Under the pieces are notes generated by a model. The model made no database searches and was not told the DNA's origin. It saw only the letters and a program-made list of their open reading frames with translations. A DNA stretch of 64,000 bases from positions 1-64,000 of the IMG/VR virus record IMGVR_UViG_3300021400_000154; one strand, given 5' to 3'. A program made the translations under genes and the position numbers. Each line of letters starts with the position of its first letter. Position 1 is the stretch's first letter. The DNA is from a virus (taxonomy: Duplodnaviria > Caudoviricetes). This document shows positions 29,401 to 37,719 of the stretch, in pieces.

Positions 29401-29685
29401 CTGAACCATAACCGGAGTCTTTCTTGTGGCACTGCCACCGCTACCAATAGCGAGCAACATCGGGAGTGCCAGGATCCGCCCGGCACGGCGGGCCAGCATC
29501 CTGACCCTGTTGGTCTTGTTGATCTTCTTGACAGTGGGCTTGCCATAATAGGCATTGGCCCACTCGGCGATCTTGGTCTCGGTGGTCTGGGTGGCCACCT
29601 CGGTGGTGACGGTGGTGGTGTCCTTGGTCCAGCCAGCGCAGAACGCCAGCACAAGGGCCAGGATCAGGGCAAACAGCTTCTTCAT
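26461..29685 (-). CDS. second two-barrel RNA polymerase-like protein (RNAP-2) with hydrophobic N-terminus and HhH motif
   Basis: RSDGYS, IRANGAAIKS, SRSPVVHP, AMDFDGD (27481-27495), VDASKHG; HhH LMEIPGIGEKTA. Confidence 0.78.
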   Translation of the reverse strand: MKKLFALILALVLAFCAGWTKDTTTVTTEVATQTTETKIAEWANAYYGKPTVKKINKTNRVRMLARRAGRILALPMLLAIGSGGSATRKTPVMVQYELNGAIKSKVFQSAEEGFSAYRQIATKQPNLPRQIKTAGTPSIVLANHGWTNTLVRRENAEQWKDNARTRLEACKGLKKAVIAAVLAIRVSDLKKVIVGRNTERLMEIPGIGEKTAYKILDALEPICKAEPTIRAYGTRTFIRATLNPKKNGFDFDSINKGVSPVEAKAIAIGGDNAIVHVTSIIPDAKATDIESLEMAEDAAHLWRQTVMNGLVINGTKYVFLGHGTNNAKECKTLWVKESIYAEMRTWILKDTNTGWLTTVAKKVAYLVGLQAVPRKSFGIPFIPEDCAIMPSVWSEIVGNHTKEFLDGHEEQMDNNRESEIRSDGYSCIEIPEQMVPVFVNRLIQQGVDPEEAAERIEAFMADHSVVTIRANGAAIKSCCDRNFAAHRFLHENGIHTMPDGRPIDQISVFMDETVLKTNIGNATRAYTTFEAWCDAVRSEFDLGVCVRAHAPEKKDTSYQVVQTLTEASDESLALMAEPTIKRINGAHTVDGASKMLGRELGHIARILPTFLNVRAINERFVTSLTKDIDLAFSGKILRNSYYAKALPDPVYVFQAWFGLERTGSLEVGEAWIPGFQYGEFACSRSPVVHPNSDRVLRNVAPKAAFKKYFKTQAYCVYFNCYDDTSRAFAMDFDGDGVKFSFEKGMIQATKETLARWNRLIIWEAPETDKQIVSREDELVYAGGLTHKNQLGLTVFNENGLLNRVNRVKDPVTGEYHYELVEISERGVNFKVFAANVLVDASKHGGADFNEPRESQAATNMVQPLAKLYKDAVARHATRNELEKLASMDGVDRTLMVSTLNRLFMLYSDKLDRSTEIYDLPEGKFDYHMLMFDPEEGRRGMWGLIRKGNNPIMLDGAWCRPDEGLFNALARRIETDRQLWTRDETRKDQEDTSFEDDWRVAALSEISEFAESFGLTLINAYDVITCYMFTKCDIEYADPKVQFLRDQLWRAYWMIFGGLAEKAAMRFEKEEEAAE

Positions 29686-29817
29686 GGGGATTCCTCCTTT
29701 TTTGTCGCTTTGGTCAACAAAATGCCGCTTGCCACGGCGAGGCCCATGCTTGAGCGCTGCATGGTGGCGCTTGCATTCCGTCAGCGTCTATGATAGAATG
29801 CACTTGAGGATTTGGGG

Positions 29818-29961
29818 CTATTCGCCCTCAGGCTCCTCGTCGGCGGCTTCTTCAGCCTCCCTAACGGCCTCAAGCGCTTCCGCGTCAGAAGCGTACTCGC
29901 GCATGGTGCCGTCAGGCAGCTTCATCAGCCAACCGTAGCCGGTGAGAGTGGGGTTTGCCAT
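29818..29961 (-). CDS. small acidic protein
   Basis: AAAGGAGG RBS; ends in TAG. Confidence 0.6.
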   Translation of the reverse strand: MANPTLTGYGWLMKLPDGTMREYASDAEALEAVREAEEAADEEPEGE

Positions 29962-30132
29962 GGGTGATTCCTCCTTTCCTCTTGGCCTCTGCTGCAACAG
30001 AGGCCTTTTGATCGGCAAGACGCATGCCGGGATTGCTTTGCCTGGGCTACCAACCAGTCCACGTCTCACGACGTTGAGCGCATTTCACCAGACAGCATGT
30101 CTCACGACGTTCTGCCTGGTGTGGCCTGCAGA

Positions 30133-30483
30133 TTAGAAACGGATCTTGTCCGCTTCTTTCCAATCTACGGCTGCCAAACCGCAGATCGACATACAGCAGA
30201 GATCTGCCTTGGCAACGGTATATGCTCTGCGAATGTCTTTGTATCGGGCATAAGCCGATACAAAGATATCAAAATCATTCCAGCCATTCAGCGGCATGTT
30301 GAGCTGCCGCATGAGATCAAACACCAAACTCTGCGCCCAGCGCATGGTCTGGTCCGCCTTCTCCGGGTCCCAGATCCCTCCGATCCAGCAGGGGCCATAG
30401 GACTCCTGCTCGGGGTTATAGTCGAACCCATTGATGAGGGTCAGGATGGCGTTGATGGCGGCGATGATAATTTTTTCGATCAT
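30133..30483 (-). CDS. hypothetical protein
   Basis: AAGGAGG RBS. Confidence 0.65.
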   Translation of the reverse strand: MIEKIIIAAINAILTLINGFDYNPEQESYGPCWIGGIWDPEKADQTMRWAQSLVFDLMRQLNMPLNGWNDFDIFVSAYARYKDIRRAYTVAKADLCCMSICGLAAVDWKEADKIRF

Positions 30484-30651
30484 GGTTATCCTCCTTCTCC
30501 AGCCCTTCGGCTAGAATCGAACATTTCTGGGTTGGGCTTTTAACCCTTATCCACACTGGCTTGGTCCCCAGCAGACCTTCCACATCCTTTACAGCGATGC
30601 AGCTTCTGGCTGTGTTTATTTAATAGTCCTACACAGCTCTGGACCACTTCA

Positions 30652-30747
30652 TCAGCCGATGATCTCGTTGCTCAGCGCAACGAAATCGATGTTGGCATTT
30701 CTGAATGCTTTCTGCAAAGCCTTCAGAAAAGCAATGAGCTTCTTCAT
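30652..30747 (-). CDS. small protein (31 aa, MKKLIAFLKALQKAF...)
   Basis: AAAGGAG RBS; amphipathic helix pattern. Confidence 0.5.
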   Translation of the reverse strand: MKKLIAFLKALQKAFRNANIDFVALSNEIIG

Positions 30748-30781
30748 CGAGATTTCTCCTTTCTTTTCTTTTTTGTGGCTT

Positions 30782-30845
30782 CCCACGACGTCTGTCTCAC
30801 GACAGTCGTTTCGGCCATGCGCCATCTGGCCCTCATCAGGTGGGG
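30782..30845 (-). ncRNA. hammerhead ribozyme, type I
   Basis: CCCAC-CUGAUGA-G GGCCA...UGGCC-GAAA-CGACUGUC GUGA GACAGACG-UC-GUGGG; predicted cut between 30787 and 30786. Confidence 0.85.
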
Positions 30846-31141
30846 TTGATCAGAGCATTGAACGCCCTGAGCGCAACGACGGTGTCACGATCCAGGGCGC
30901 AGGAGCGGGTGGCGCAGATGCCATCATATGGGCACCCATCACAACCAGTGTTCTCGACGCACTGCTTGTGCGCCTTGATGATCGAGACAATATCGGGGAT
31001 CACCTCATAAGAGAAGTTGGCATTGTACTTATTGGAATAATCCAACTCGTCCGCCTTCTCCCAGGCGGCCTCCTCGGTGGCGAAGCCGGGGATGACCTCG
31101 ACTTCGTCGATGGGGTTAGTGACAATCAGGATGTACTTCAT
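30836..31141 (-). CDS. hypothetical Cys-rich protein
   Basis: AAGGAGG RBS; CDGCPY; its TGA stop lies inside the hammerhead core. Confidence 0.7.
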   Translation of the reverse strand: MKYILIVTNPIDEVEVIPGFATEEAAWEKADELDYSNKYNANFSYEVIPDIVSIIKAHKQCVENTGCDGCPYDGICATRSCALDRDTVVALRAFNALINPT

Positions 31142-31201
31142 TGTTTGTTCCTCCTTCTCTTTGTGTTGACAACGCTCCGTGAAGCGTGTACAATAACGAT
31201 A

Positions 31202-31434
31202 CCCGGCAGAGCCCCTTTCGGGGCCTGGACGACTCAGTCGCCTGTTTCGTAGTCACTGGCATGTGCTACGTATACAGTCTCTTCTGCTTCGTCGGTGACG
31301 TATATGTCGCAGCTCAGATCTTTGGCAAAAAGATCCGCATTGACAACCGCGTCATCCTTCTCATCGCAGGAGAACAAGACTGAACCGCCAGAAGTGGATA
31401 CCTTGTACACGGCAAGGCCCTCCTTTCTGCCGGG
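31202..31434 (-). ncRNA. candidate multibranch structured RNA
   Basis: closing stem CCCGGCAGA/TCTGCCGGG encloses several hairpins (GCCCC-GAAA-GGGGC, GATCTTT/AAAGATC, CCTTG/CAAGG). Confidence 0.5.
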
Positions 31435-31475
31435 ATTTTTACTGCTCAGACGGACGCAGCGATCCGGTTGTTTTC

Positions 31476-31565
31476 GCTCTTCCCGTTTCGGCTAATGCCA
31501 CAGCTTTCGCTGTCCTCCGAAGAGGTCATCAGGGGACGGACTCGCACCGCCCGACGGGGAGGAGC
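31476..31565 (-). ncRNA. variant type III hammerhead ribozyme with two extra hairpins
   Basis: CCCGU-C-GGGCGG UGCGAGU CCGUCCC-CUGAUGA-[CCUC UUCG GAGG][ACAGC GAAA GCUGU]-GGC AUUA GCC-GAAA-CGGG. Confidence 0.65.
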
Positions 31566-31829
31566 TCAAGCGAGCTCCTCGTTGCGGGGAAACCAATACT
31601 TGTTGAAATGATAATCGTTGAAGGACGCCCGAGTGGCCATCTTCCAGGTGAGGGGACGGCGATGGCAGTCAAAGAAGTATTTGTTGAATTTGTAGTTGCG
31701 CTGAAGAGCGCAAGTGTCGGAATGGGTGCCATACAGGCGCACGTGCGCCTTGTTGGTCAGCTTATCCAGGTCATTCTTGTTACCGGCGCCGATTTCGTAC
31801 ATGTTGGTAATGTTGATAATCTCCTTCAT
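31566..31829 (-). CDS. hypothetical protein, first gene of the leftward arm
   Basis: AAGGAGG RBS before MKEIINI. Confidence 0.65.
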   Translation of the reverse strand: MKEIINITNMYEIGAGNKNDLDKLTNKAHVRLYGTHSDTCALQRNYKFNKYFFDCHRRPLTWKMATRASFNDYHFNKYWFPRNEELA

Positions 31830-32001
31830 GGTGGTTCCTCCTTCTCCTGCATTTTGCAGGTCTCGATCCACTTGGGGCGTGCCGTTGTCGCCGTACCGGT
31901 TCCCACGAGTATCCGGCATAAGCGTGTGAGTTTACGCTCAAAAGCTGAGCAATCTCGCGTAAACTCATCATTAGTTCTTCTCCAAGTTCTCTCCCCAAAA
32001 A

Positions 32002-32028
32002 TCCGCAACCTCGAAAATGAACGTATTG
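32002..32028 (+). promoter_or_regulatory. 27-bp repeated motif copy 4 (candidate promoter of virion operon)
   Basis: TCCGCAACCTCGAAAATGAACGTATTG on plus strand at the strand switch. Confidence 0.7.
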
Positions 32029-32093
32029 GAAAGAAACGCAAAAAATGCGTCTCTTTTTCGCATTATATTTTCATAACAATCAGAGGTGATCTC

Positions 32094-32993
32094 ATGCCAG
32101 AACCCATTGAATCCAAGTCAAAGAAATCAAGTGTGCCGACCAAAACAAAAACCTGCCAGAGGTGTGGCAAGAATCACCCATTGACAGATTACTACTCAAA
32201 CAAAGACTGGACAGAGCAAGGCGGCAGGGACGCATGGTGCAAAGACTGCTTCTCCCGCTGCACAACAAAGGACGAAATCCGCGAGTACTTCTGGTACAAC
32301 AATCGTGAGTTCAGCGAAAAGATGTGGCAGAATGCGAGCGCCAAAGCCGAGGCGGCGGCGAGCAACAATGCGACATTCCTGAAACTGCGGGACGACCAGA
32401 AGATCAAGGTTCTGGAGAAGATGACATGTCAGCAGCTGCCATCTCTTCTGGTCCAGTACTACAGCTTTGTCGACAACACGATGGGCGGCAAGCTTCACTC
32501 CTACGAGGAAGCGAAAGCCGAGGGCTACATCGTGGAGGAAGCGATCGACGACGATGTAAAGTACCACTCCTCGAAGTTCAACGGCGACTTCAAGAAAAAG
32601 GAGCTGGAATACCTTGAGGACTACTACTCCGGTCTGGAGCAGGACTTCGACCTGACAGACGTGAACCTGAGAGACATTGCGAAGAAGCTAGCGAAAGCCT
32701 CGCTTCAGTACGATAAGGTTCAGGCAGACTTCGCCAATGGCAGATGCGACATCAGCGTGGTGAAGGATGCGATGGCGCAGTTCGACATGCTCTCCAAGTC
32801 CGGCAACTTCGCTGCATGCAAAAGGCGACCGGGAGACACCAGCGGCTTAAGCTCGTGGTCCGAGATCGCCTTAAGGCTGGAAGAGTCTGGTCACCCATGC
32901 ACTCGCAAGATCGAGTGGGAGGAAGACGATGTCGACAAGACGATTAACGACTTCCGATACATTGTGGAGTCTTTGTCTCTGGATTCCTTGTAA
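32094..32993 (+). CDS. Zn-finger protein, possible terminase small subunit
   Basis: GAGGTG RBS, CQRC...WCKDC; directly upstream of large terminase. Confidence 0.6.
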   Translation: MPEPIESKSKKSSVPTKTKTCQRCGKNHPLTDYYSNKDWTEQGGRDAWCKDCFSRCTTKDEIREYFWYNNREFSEKMWQNASAKAEAAASNNATFLKLRDDQKIKVLEKMTCQQLPSLLVQYYSFVDNTMGGKLHSYEEAKAEGYIVEEAIDDDVKYHSSKFNGDFKKKELEYLEDYYSGLEQDFDLTDVNLRDIAKKLAKASLQYDKVQADFANGRCDISVVKDAMAQFDMLSKSGNFAACKRRPGDTSGLSSWSEIALRLEESGHPCTRKIEWEEDDVDKTINDFRYIVESLSLDSL

Positions 32994-33042
32994 GATCTTT
33001 TCTATGAACAAAATCGCGCTGCGATAACAAGCAGCGCTTTGA

Positions 33043-33113
33043 CGCGCTGTGGTGCAAAGGCAGCATGTTAGGGTCATAACCTAGAGCTTCGGGTTCGAGT
33101 CCCGACGGCGCAA
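33043..33113 (+). tRNA. tRNA-Met (CAT), initiator-like, CCA not encoded
   Basis: acceptor CGCGCTG/CGGCGCA with C1:A72 mismatch, anticodon arm TTAGG-GTCATAA-CCTAG, T arm TCGGG-TTCGAGT-CCCGA. Confidence 0.85.
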
Positions 33114-33137
33114 CTTCTTATTTAGCGAGGTGTTATC

Positions 33138-34784
33138 ATGTAGAAAGCAAAGCTTGGTGTAATCACAAACTGGGATGTAATGGAAGAGCAAATCATTTTC
33201 TACAGGACGCACCTTGATGTCTTCATTGAAGATGCTTTTCCACCGATTAAACTCAGCAGGGACCAGCATGTGATCGCAAGACAGATTGGCAACTGCAGAG
33301 ACTCAGATGTTGTACAGAACCGTGGTGCTGGTAAGACATGGCTGATCGCACTCTGCTGCCATGCATTGTGTGTCCTGTACCCGCAGACATTTGTCGCGGT
33401 GTGTTCCAAGACAGCGAAACAGGCGAAGCTGGTTCTGGAAAAGCTGAAGTTCCTTGCTGAGCGCAACCCGAACATCGCGAACGAGCTCACGTCGAACAAC
33501 GCCAGGAGTCTTGTGCAGATCTCGACAGACAAGGGCAGAGCCGTATACAAGAACGGATCCAAGTTTGAATCCTTTGCGATGGAGAGTGCCCGTGGCCAGC
33601 GCGCAAAGATTATTGTGGTTGACGAGGCGCGGGACGTGGACCCTGAGATTGTGGATGCCGTTGTTTCTCCTTTAAAGAACTACCGTCGGGAGATCTCGTT
33701 CGAGAACAAGTTCCCGGATTTTGCTTCAAAGACGATTCGCATCACATCCGCATGCGAGAAAGCCCTCCCATATTATCAGGAGTTTGTGAAGACCCTGAAG
33801 AACATGGCCGCAGGGGATCAGCAGAGCTTTGCTTGCGCCTTGGATTGGAGGGCTGCTGTGGAGAACGGTGTCAACCAGGAGGAGTACTTCATCCACGAGC
33901 GCGAGAACAAACCCGATGTTGTCTTCGCCATGGAGTACGAGTCAAAGTTCGTAGGCTCCACCAATAACTCAGCCTTCCCGTATGATCTGACGCAGAAATG
34001 CCGGACGCTTCAGAAGGTTGAGCTGGAACAGCCGAAGAACTCCAAAAGCCGATATGTGATATCCCTGGACATCGCGACCAGCGATGCGGACACGGCTGAC
34101 AACTCCATTCTGAGTGTATTGAAGTTCATGGAGAAGTCAGACGGCACGTTCAACAGAAAGCTGGTCTACATGCGATCCTTCCATGGAGAATCGCTGGACG
34201 TGCTGGCAGAGGAAGTTCGTAAGCTGTATCACCTGCACTTCCCGAACGCGGAAAAGATCATATACGACGCCAGAGGTCTGGGTGACAGCCTGGACAGGTT
34301 CTTCGACAAGGAATGGGTGGACTATGCCAGCGAGAAGGAATACCCACCGCTGGTGGTTGATGACGAGCCGAACATGAATGCGGCTGCTCAGCCGATGCTG
34401 CATCCATTCCGGGCGATCCAGGCGCTGAACCAGCGGTTATACACAAACATGCGTGTGGCGCTGGAGAAACAAAGGATTGAACTTCCGATCCCCAGCAGGC
34501 TGCTTCAGTCGAAGGAGCTTGAGCGGGACGAGAAGCAAAAGATGTCCATGTATGAAAAGGCCATATATGCAGAGGCTGACGCCCTGCAGTTTGAGATGGG
34601 CAACATTGTCGCAAAGGTGTCTGCCAGCGGCAATGTATTGTACGATACTACAAACATTCGCCTGCACAAGGACCGGTACTCATCCCTGGCGATGGCGAAT
34701 GACTACATCAGCGAACTGGAGAAGGTCAACATCAAGCGTTTCAATCGTGGTGCGCAGTGTGTAGGCCTTGCCAGTGCGTTTTAA
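33138..34784 (+). CDS. terL: terminase large subunit (TAG at codon 2 if the RBS-led ATG is used)
   Basis: RGAGKT Walker A, IVVDE Walker B, SLDIA, YDARG, HKDRYSS nuclease motifs; GAGGTG RBS before ATG-TAG-AAA at 33138. Confidence 0.9.
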
Positions 34785-34835
34785 ACATGTGATTAATAAT
34801 CAGGGTACCTTAGTTTCGAAGAGGAGGTGAGGAGC

Positions 34836-35054
34836 ATGGCGCACGCTCTTGTGAGAAAAGACGACGAACCTATCAGCCCGAGTATATGCGAATGGCTGGT
34901 CGACGACGAAAACGATGTGTCGGAGCTCCCCACCATTATTTCAAAAGGCGCGCATGGGGAACCGACGTGTTACCCTGGCTCTGTCGCGTATGTGGCGGAC
35001 CTGTAGAAGATCTGGATGCTTGGCGTTGACAGCGTCTGGCACCAGACCGTATAA
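34836..35054 (+). CDS. small virion-region protein (1 in-frame TAG)
   Basis: GGAGG RBS; PGSVAYVADL*KIWMLG; TAG 35004-35006; TAA stop. Confidence 0.65.
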
Positions 35055-35068
35055 AGGGGTTGGTGCGT

Positions 35069-35323
35069 ATGGATGTCGTGACGTATGCAGCAGCAGTCGG
35101 GAAAGCGAAAAGCCTGATCGACGAACACATTCACGATCTCCCCATAGCGTCCAAGAGCAAGCTTGGGGCCGTCATGATTGGGGACAGTCTGGACATCTCC
35201 GGTACAGGCAAACTGTCAGTCCTGACAGCCAGCGACGCCGAAAGCGACAACACGCTTCCGATCACATCGGCAGCGGTTTATACGGAGATCGGAAACATTA
35301 ACGCACTGTTGGCAACGATATAA
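35069..35323 (+). CDS. small fibre-like protein
   Basis: LPIASKSKLGAVMIGDSLDISGTGKLSV, LPITSAAVY. Confidence 0.65.
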   Translation: MDVVTYAAAVGKAKSLIDEHIHDLPIASKSKLGAVMIGDSLDISGTGKLSVLTASDAESDNTLPITSAAVYTEIGNINALLATI

Positions 35324-35365
35324 TGCTGGTGCTTATGCACAGCGATTACGAGAGGTGATGGAAGC

Positions 35366-37183
35366 ATGAGCACCGCAACAGAGATTGCGCGACTTCAAAC
35401 GGCGCGCAATACCATCCGCAACAAAATGATCGAGATTGGCGTAGGCCAATAGACAGACCATCTGGACGATCTTGCTCAAGAGATCGATAACATACAGAAC
35501 AGGGGATCTGTCAACGCAACGGTTCGCGAAGGCGAATCCTACACGATCCCTGCGGGATACCACAGTGGTTCCGGTACGGTTACCGGTATTGCAGGTGGTG
35601 GCAACTATTCGCTGCAGGCGAAGTCTGCCACACCCACAAAGCAGCAGCAGAGCGTCACGCCAGACAACGGATACTATGGCCTGTCCAGCGTGACCGTTGC
35701 TCCGATCCCTGCTGCGTACCAGGACGTTACTTCTGTGACGGCAACAGCGGCTGACGTTCTGGCGAACAAAGTGATTGTGACGTCAACAGGCGCTGTTACG
35801 GCAGGCACCATGGCGAACAACGGCGCAATCACGAGAACGCTGGACACTACAACGACCAGCACAACGATTCCTGCCGGATACCATAATGGATCCGGTACGG
35901 TCAGTATCACAACGGAAACCAAGACTGCCACGCCGACCGAGGAAACACAGGTTGTGGCTCCTACGCCGGGGAGTGTGCTGTCGTCAGTAACGGTTAATCC
36001 GATTCCGGCTAACTATATTGACACGACCGATGCAACAGCTTCATCGCTGGAGATCCTGGAAGGGTATTCCGCATATGTGAACGGTGAACTGGTGGAAGGC
36101 GAGCTTCCGATTAATCCAGCGCCAGCTGTTACTTTGACTGTCAGCAATCAGGAGTATTCGCAGGAAGAAGGATACTACGAAGGTGAAGGAATCATCAATG
36201 TGGCATCTGATTCTTCATATGAACAGAACGCCGTTGTTCCGACAACATCTCAACAGCTGATCCAGGGTGAGAACAACGCTTTCCTTACGGCTGTGTTAGT
36301 TGATGCCATCCCGAGCGAATACCAGGATGTTTCCGGCGTTACCGCTACGGCTGGCGATGTACTGGATAGCGCGTCATTTGTAGACGCGAACGGTGATACA
36401 ATAACCGGTACAATTCCTGCGAATGCGGCTGTCACCGAAACGCTGGACACGTCGAACTCGACCTATACGATTGATCAGGCGTACTACAGCGAGGGCGGGA
36501 CTGTGACCGTCAACTACGAGACGATCGACGCTTCGGACCCTGTTGTTCCGACAACGGAACCGCAAATCATCACAGGAACCAATAACGCATTTCTTGATTC
36601 TGTGTGTGTTGACGCCATACCGTCAAACTTTGTAGATACGACTGACACTACGGCTACGGCTGCGAACATTCTCGAAGGCCAAACAGCCGCTATTAGCAGT
36701 GGCGTTGTGACTGGCACAATGCCAGATTGCAGTGGAACAGATGATGAGTTCCTGTTTCCAAATGATTTTGTTCTCGAAGGGCATACCATTCCTGCTCATA
36801 CCAGCTGCACTATAGCGCAAGGTTATCATGATGGTACTGGCACTGTGCAGATATTTGTTGAAACTGCTACGGCTACTCCCACAAAGCAAGCACAGACAAT
36901 TTATCCGTCCGATGCACACACTTTGTCTTACGTAACCGTCAACCCAATTCCAGACAACTACATCGACACTACGGACGCGACGGCGACAGCAGCTCAGATT
37001 CTGACAGGAGCCTCGGCATACGTGAATGGGGTGAAGGTCACCGGCGCAATGGCGAACAACGGGAGCGTGACAACCACGATTGACGGACTGACTTCTATGA
37101 GCGCAACTATACCTGCCGGGTATACGACGGGAGGTACAGTGACCCTCACGAACGATATTGAACAGGCTCTTGCCGCAATTTAA
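35366..37183 (+). CDS. Thr-rich repeat fibre/decoration protein (1 in-frame TAG)
   Basis: repeated IPxGYHxGxG...VTVxPIPxxYxDxTxxTAT units; TAG 35450-35452. Confidence 0.75.
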
Positions 37184-37195
37184 GGCGGTGAGTCT

Positions 37196-37708
37196 ATGAG
37201 CATACAGAGTGAGATCAATAGAATCGCTGACAATGTCGCTCGTGCCAAGGTTATGATCAGCAGCAAGGGCGTAACGGTTCCAAGCGGCGCGACATCTGAC
37301 GATCTCGCTCCGCTGATCCAGCAGATCAAGTCTGTCGAGGACGACGTCCTGATCGTGCACATCACATGGAACGGAAGCTCCGGGACTTCGGATCTCTAGT
37401 ATCGGGAGATCGCATTGGCCTTCGCAGGAGACTCGGAGGCACTAAGTGAGTTCATCGCAGGGTCTTCTGTTTTGGATGGCTACGGAACGCCGAGAAAGAT
37501 CTTCGCTATCGCCCAAATCACAGGACAGACAAGCGTCTACGGAACCTCCACTTTTTCCGGGACGTTGGTGGAAATGGACACGACGAATCAGAGGGCTGTC
37601 TTCGCTTTGTCCCGTTCTCTCCTGGTCTGGGTGGATGCCAACTATAGCGCGGGCATTATTCAGACGGTGACGCAGGACAGCACAACCAACGCCCTCAATA
37701 TTTCTTAA
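37196..37708 (+). CDS. hypothetical structural protein (1 in-frame TAG)
   Basis: 37196..37399 and 37415..37708 share a frame; N-terminus paralogous to the 35366 gene. Confidence 0.7.
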
Positions 37709-37719
37709 GGAGTGATAGC

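Noticed and set aside
30097-30115. 16-nt match AGAACGTCGTGAGACA (minus strand) to 23S rRNA helix 93, recalled from memory
   Set aside because: Too short, flanks are not rRNA-like, and the same GUC-GUGA-GAC hairpin recurs locally.
30600-30655. Pistol or hammerhead ribozyme
   Set aside because: CUGAUGA has no matching GAAA/stem III, and the P2/P3 parts of pistol could not be built; kept only as a pseudoknot candidate.
31608-32093. N-terminal extension of the 31608..32993 ORF
   Set aside because: Overlaps a minus-strand gene and the divergent promoter region; the RBS supports ATG 32094.
33043-33113. tRNA as the amber suppressor (a CTAG lies within it)
   Set aside because: The cloverleaf places CAT in the anticodon loop; CTAG is the 3' strand of the anticodon stem.
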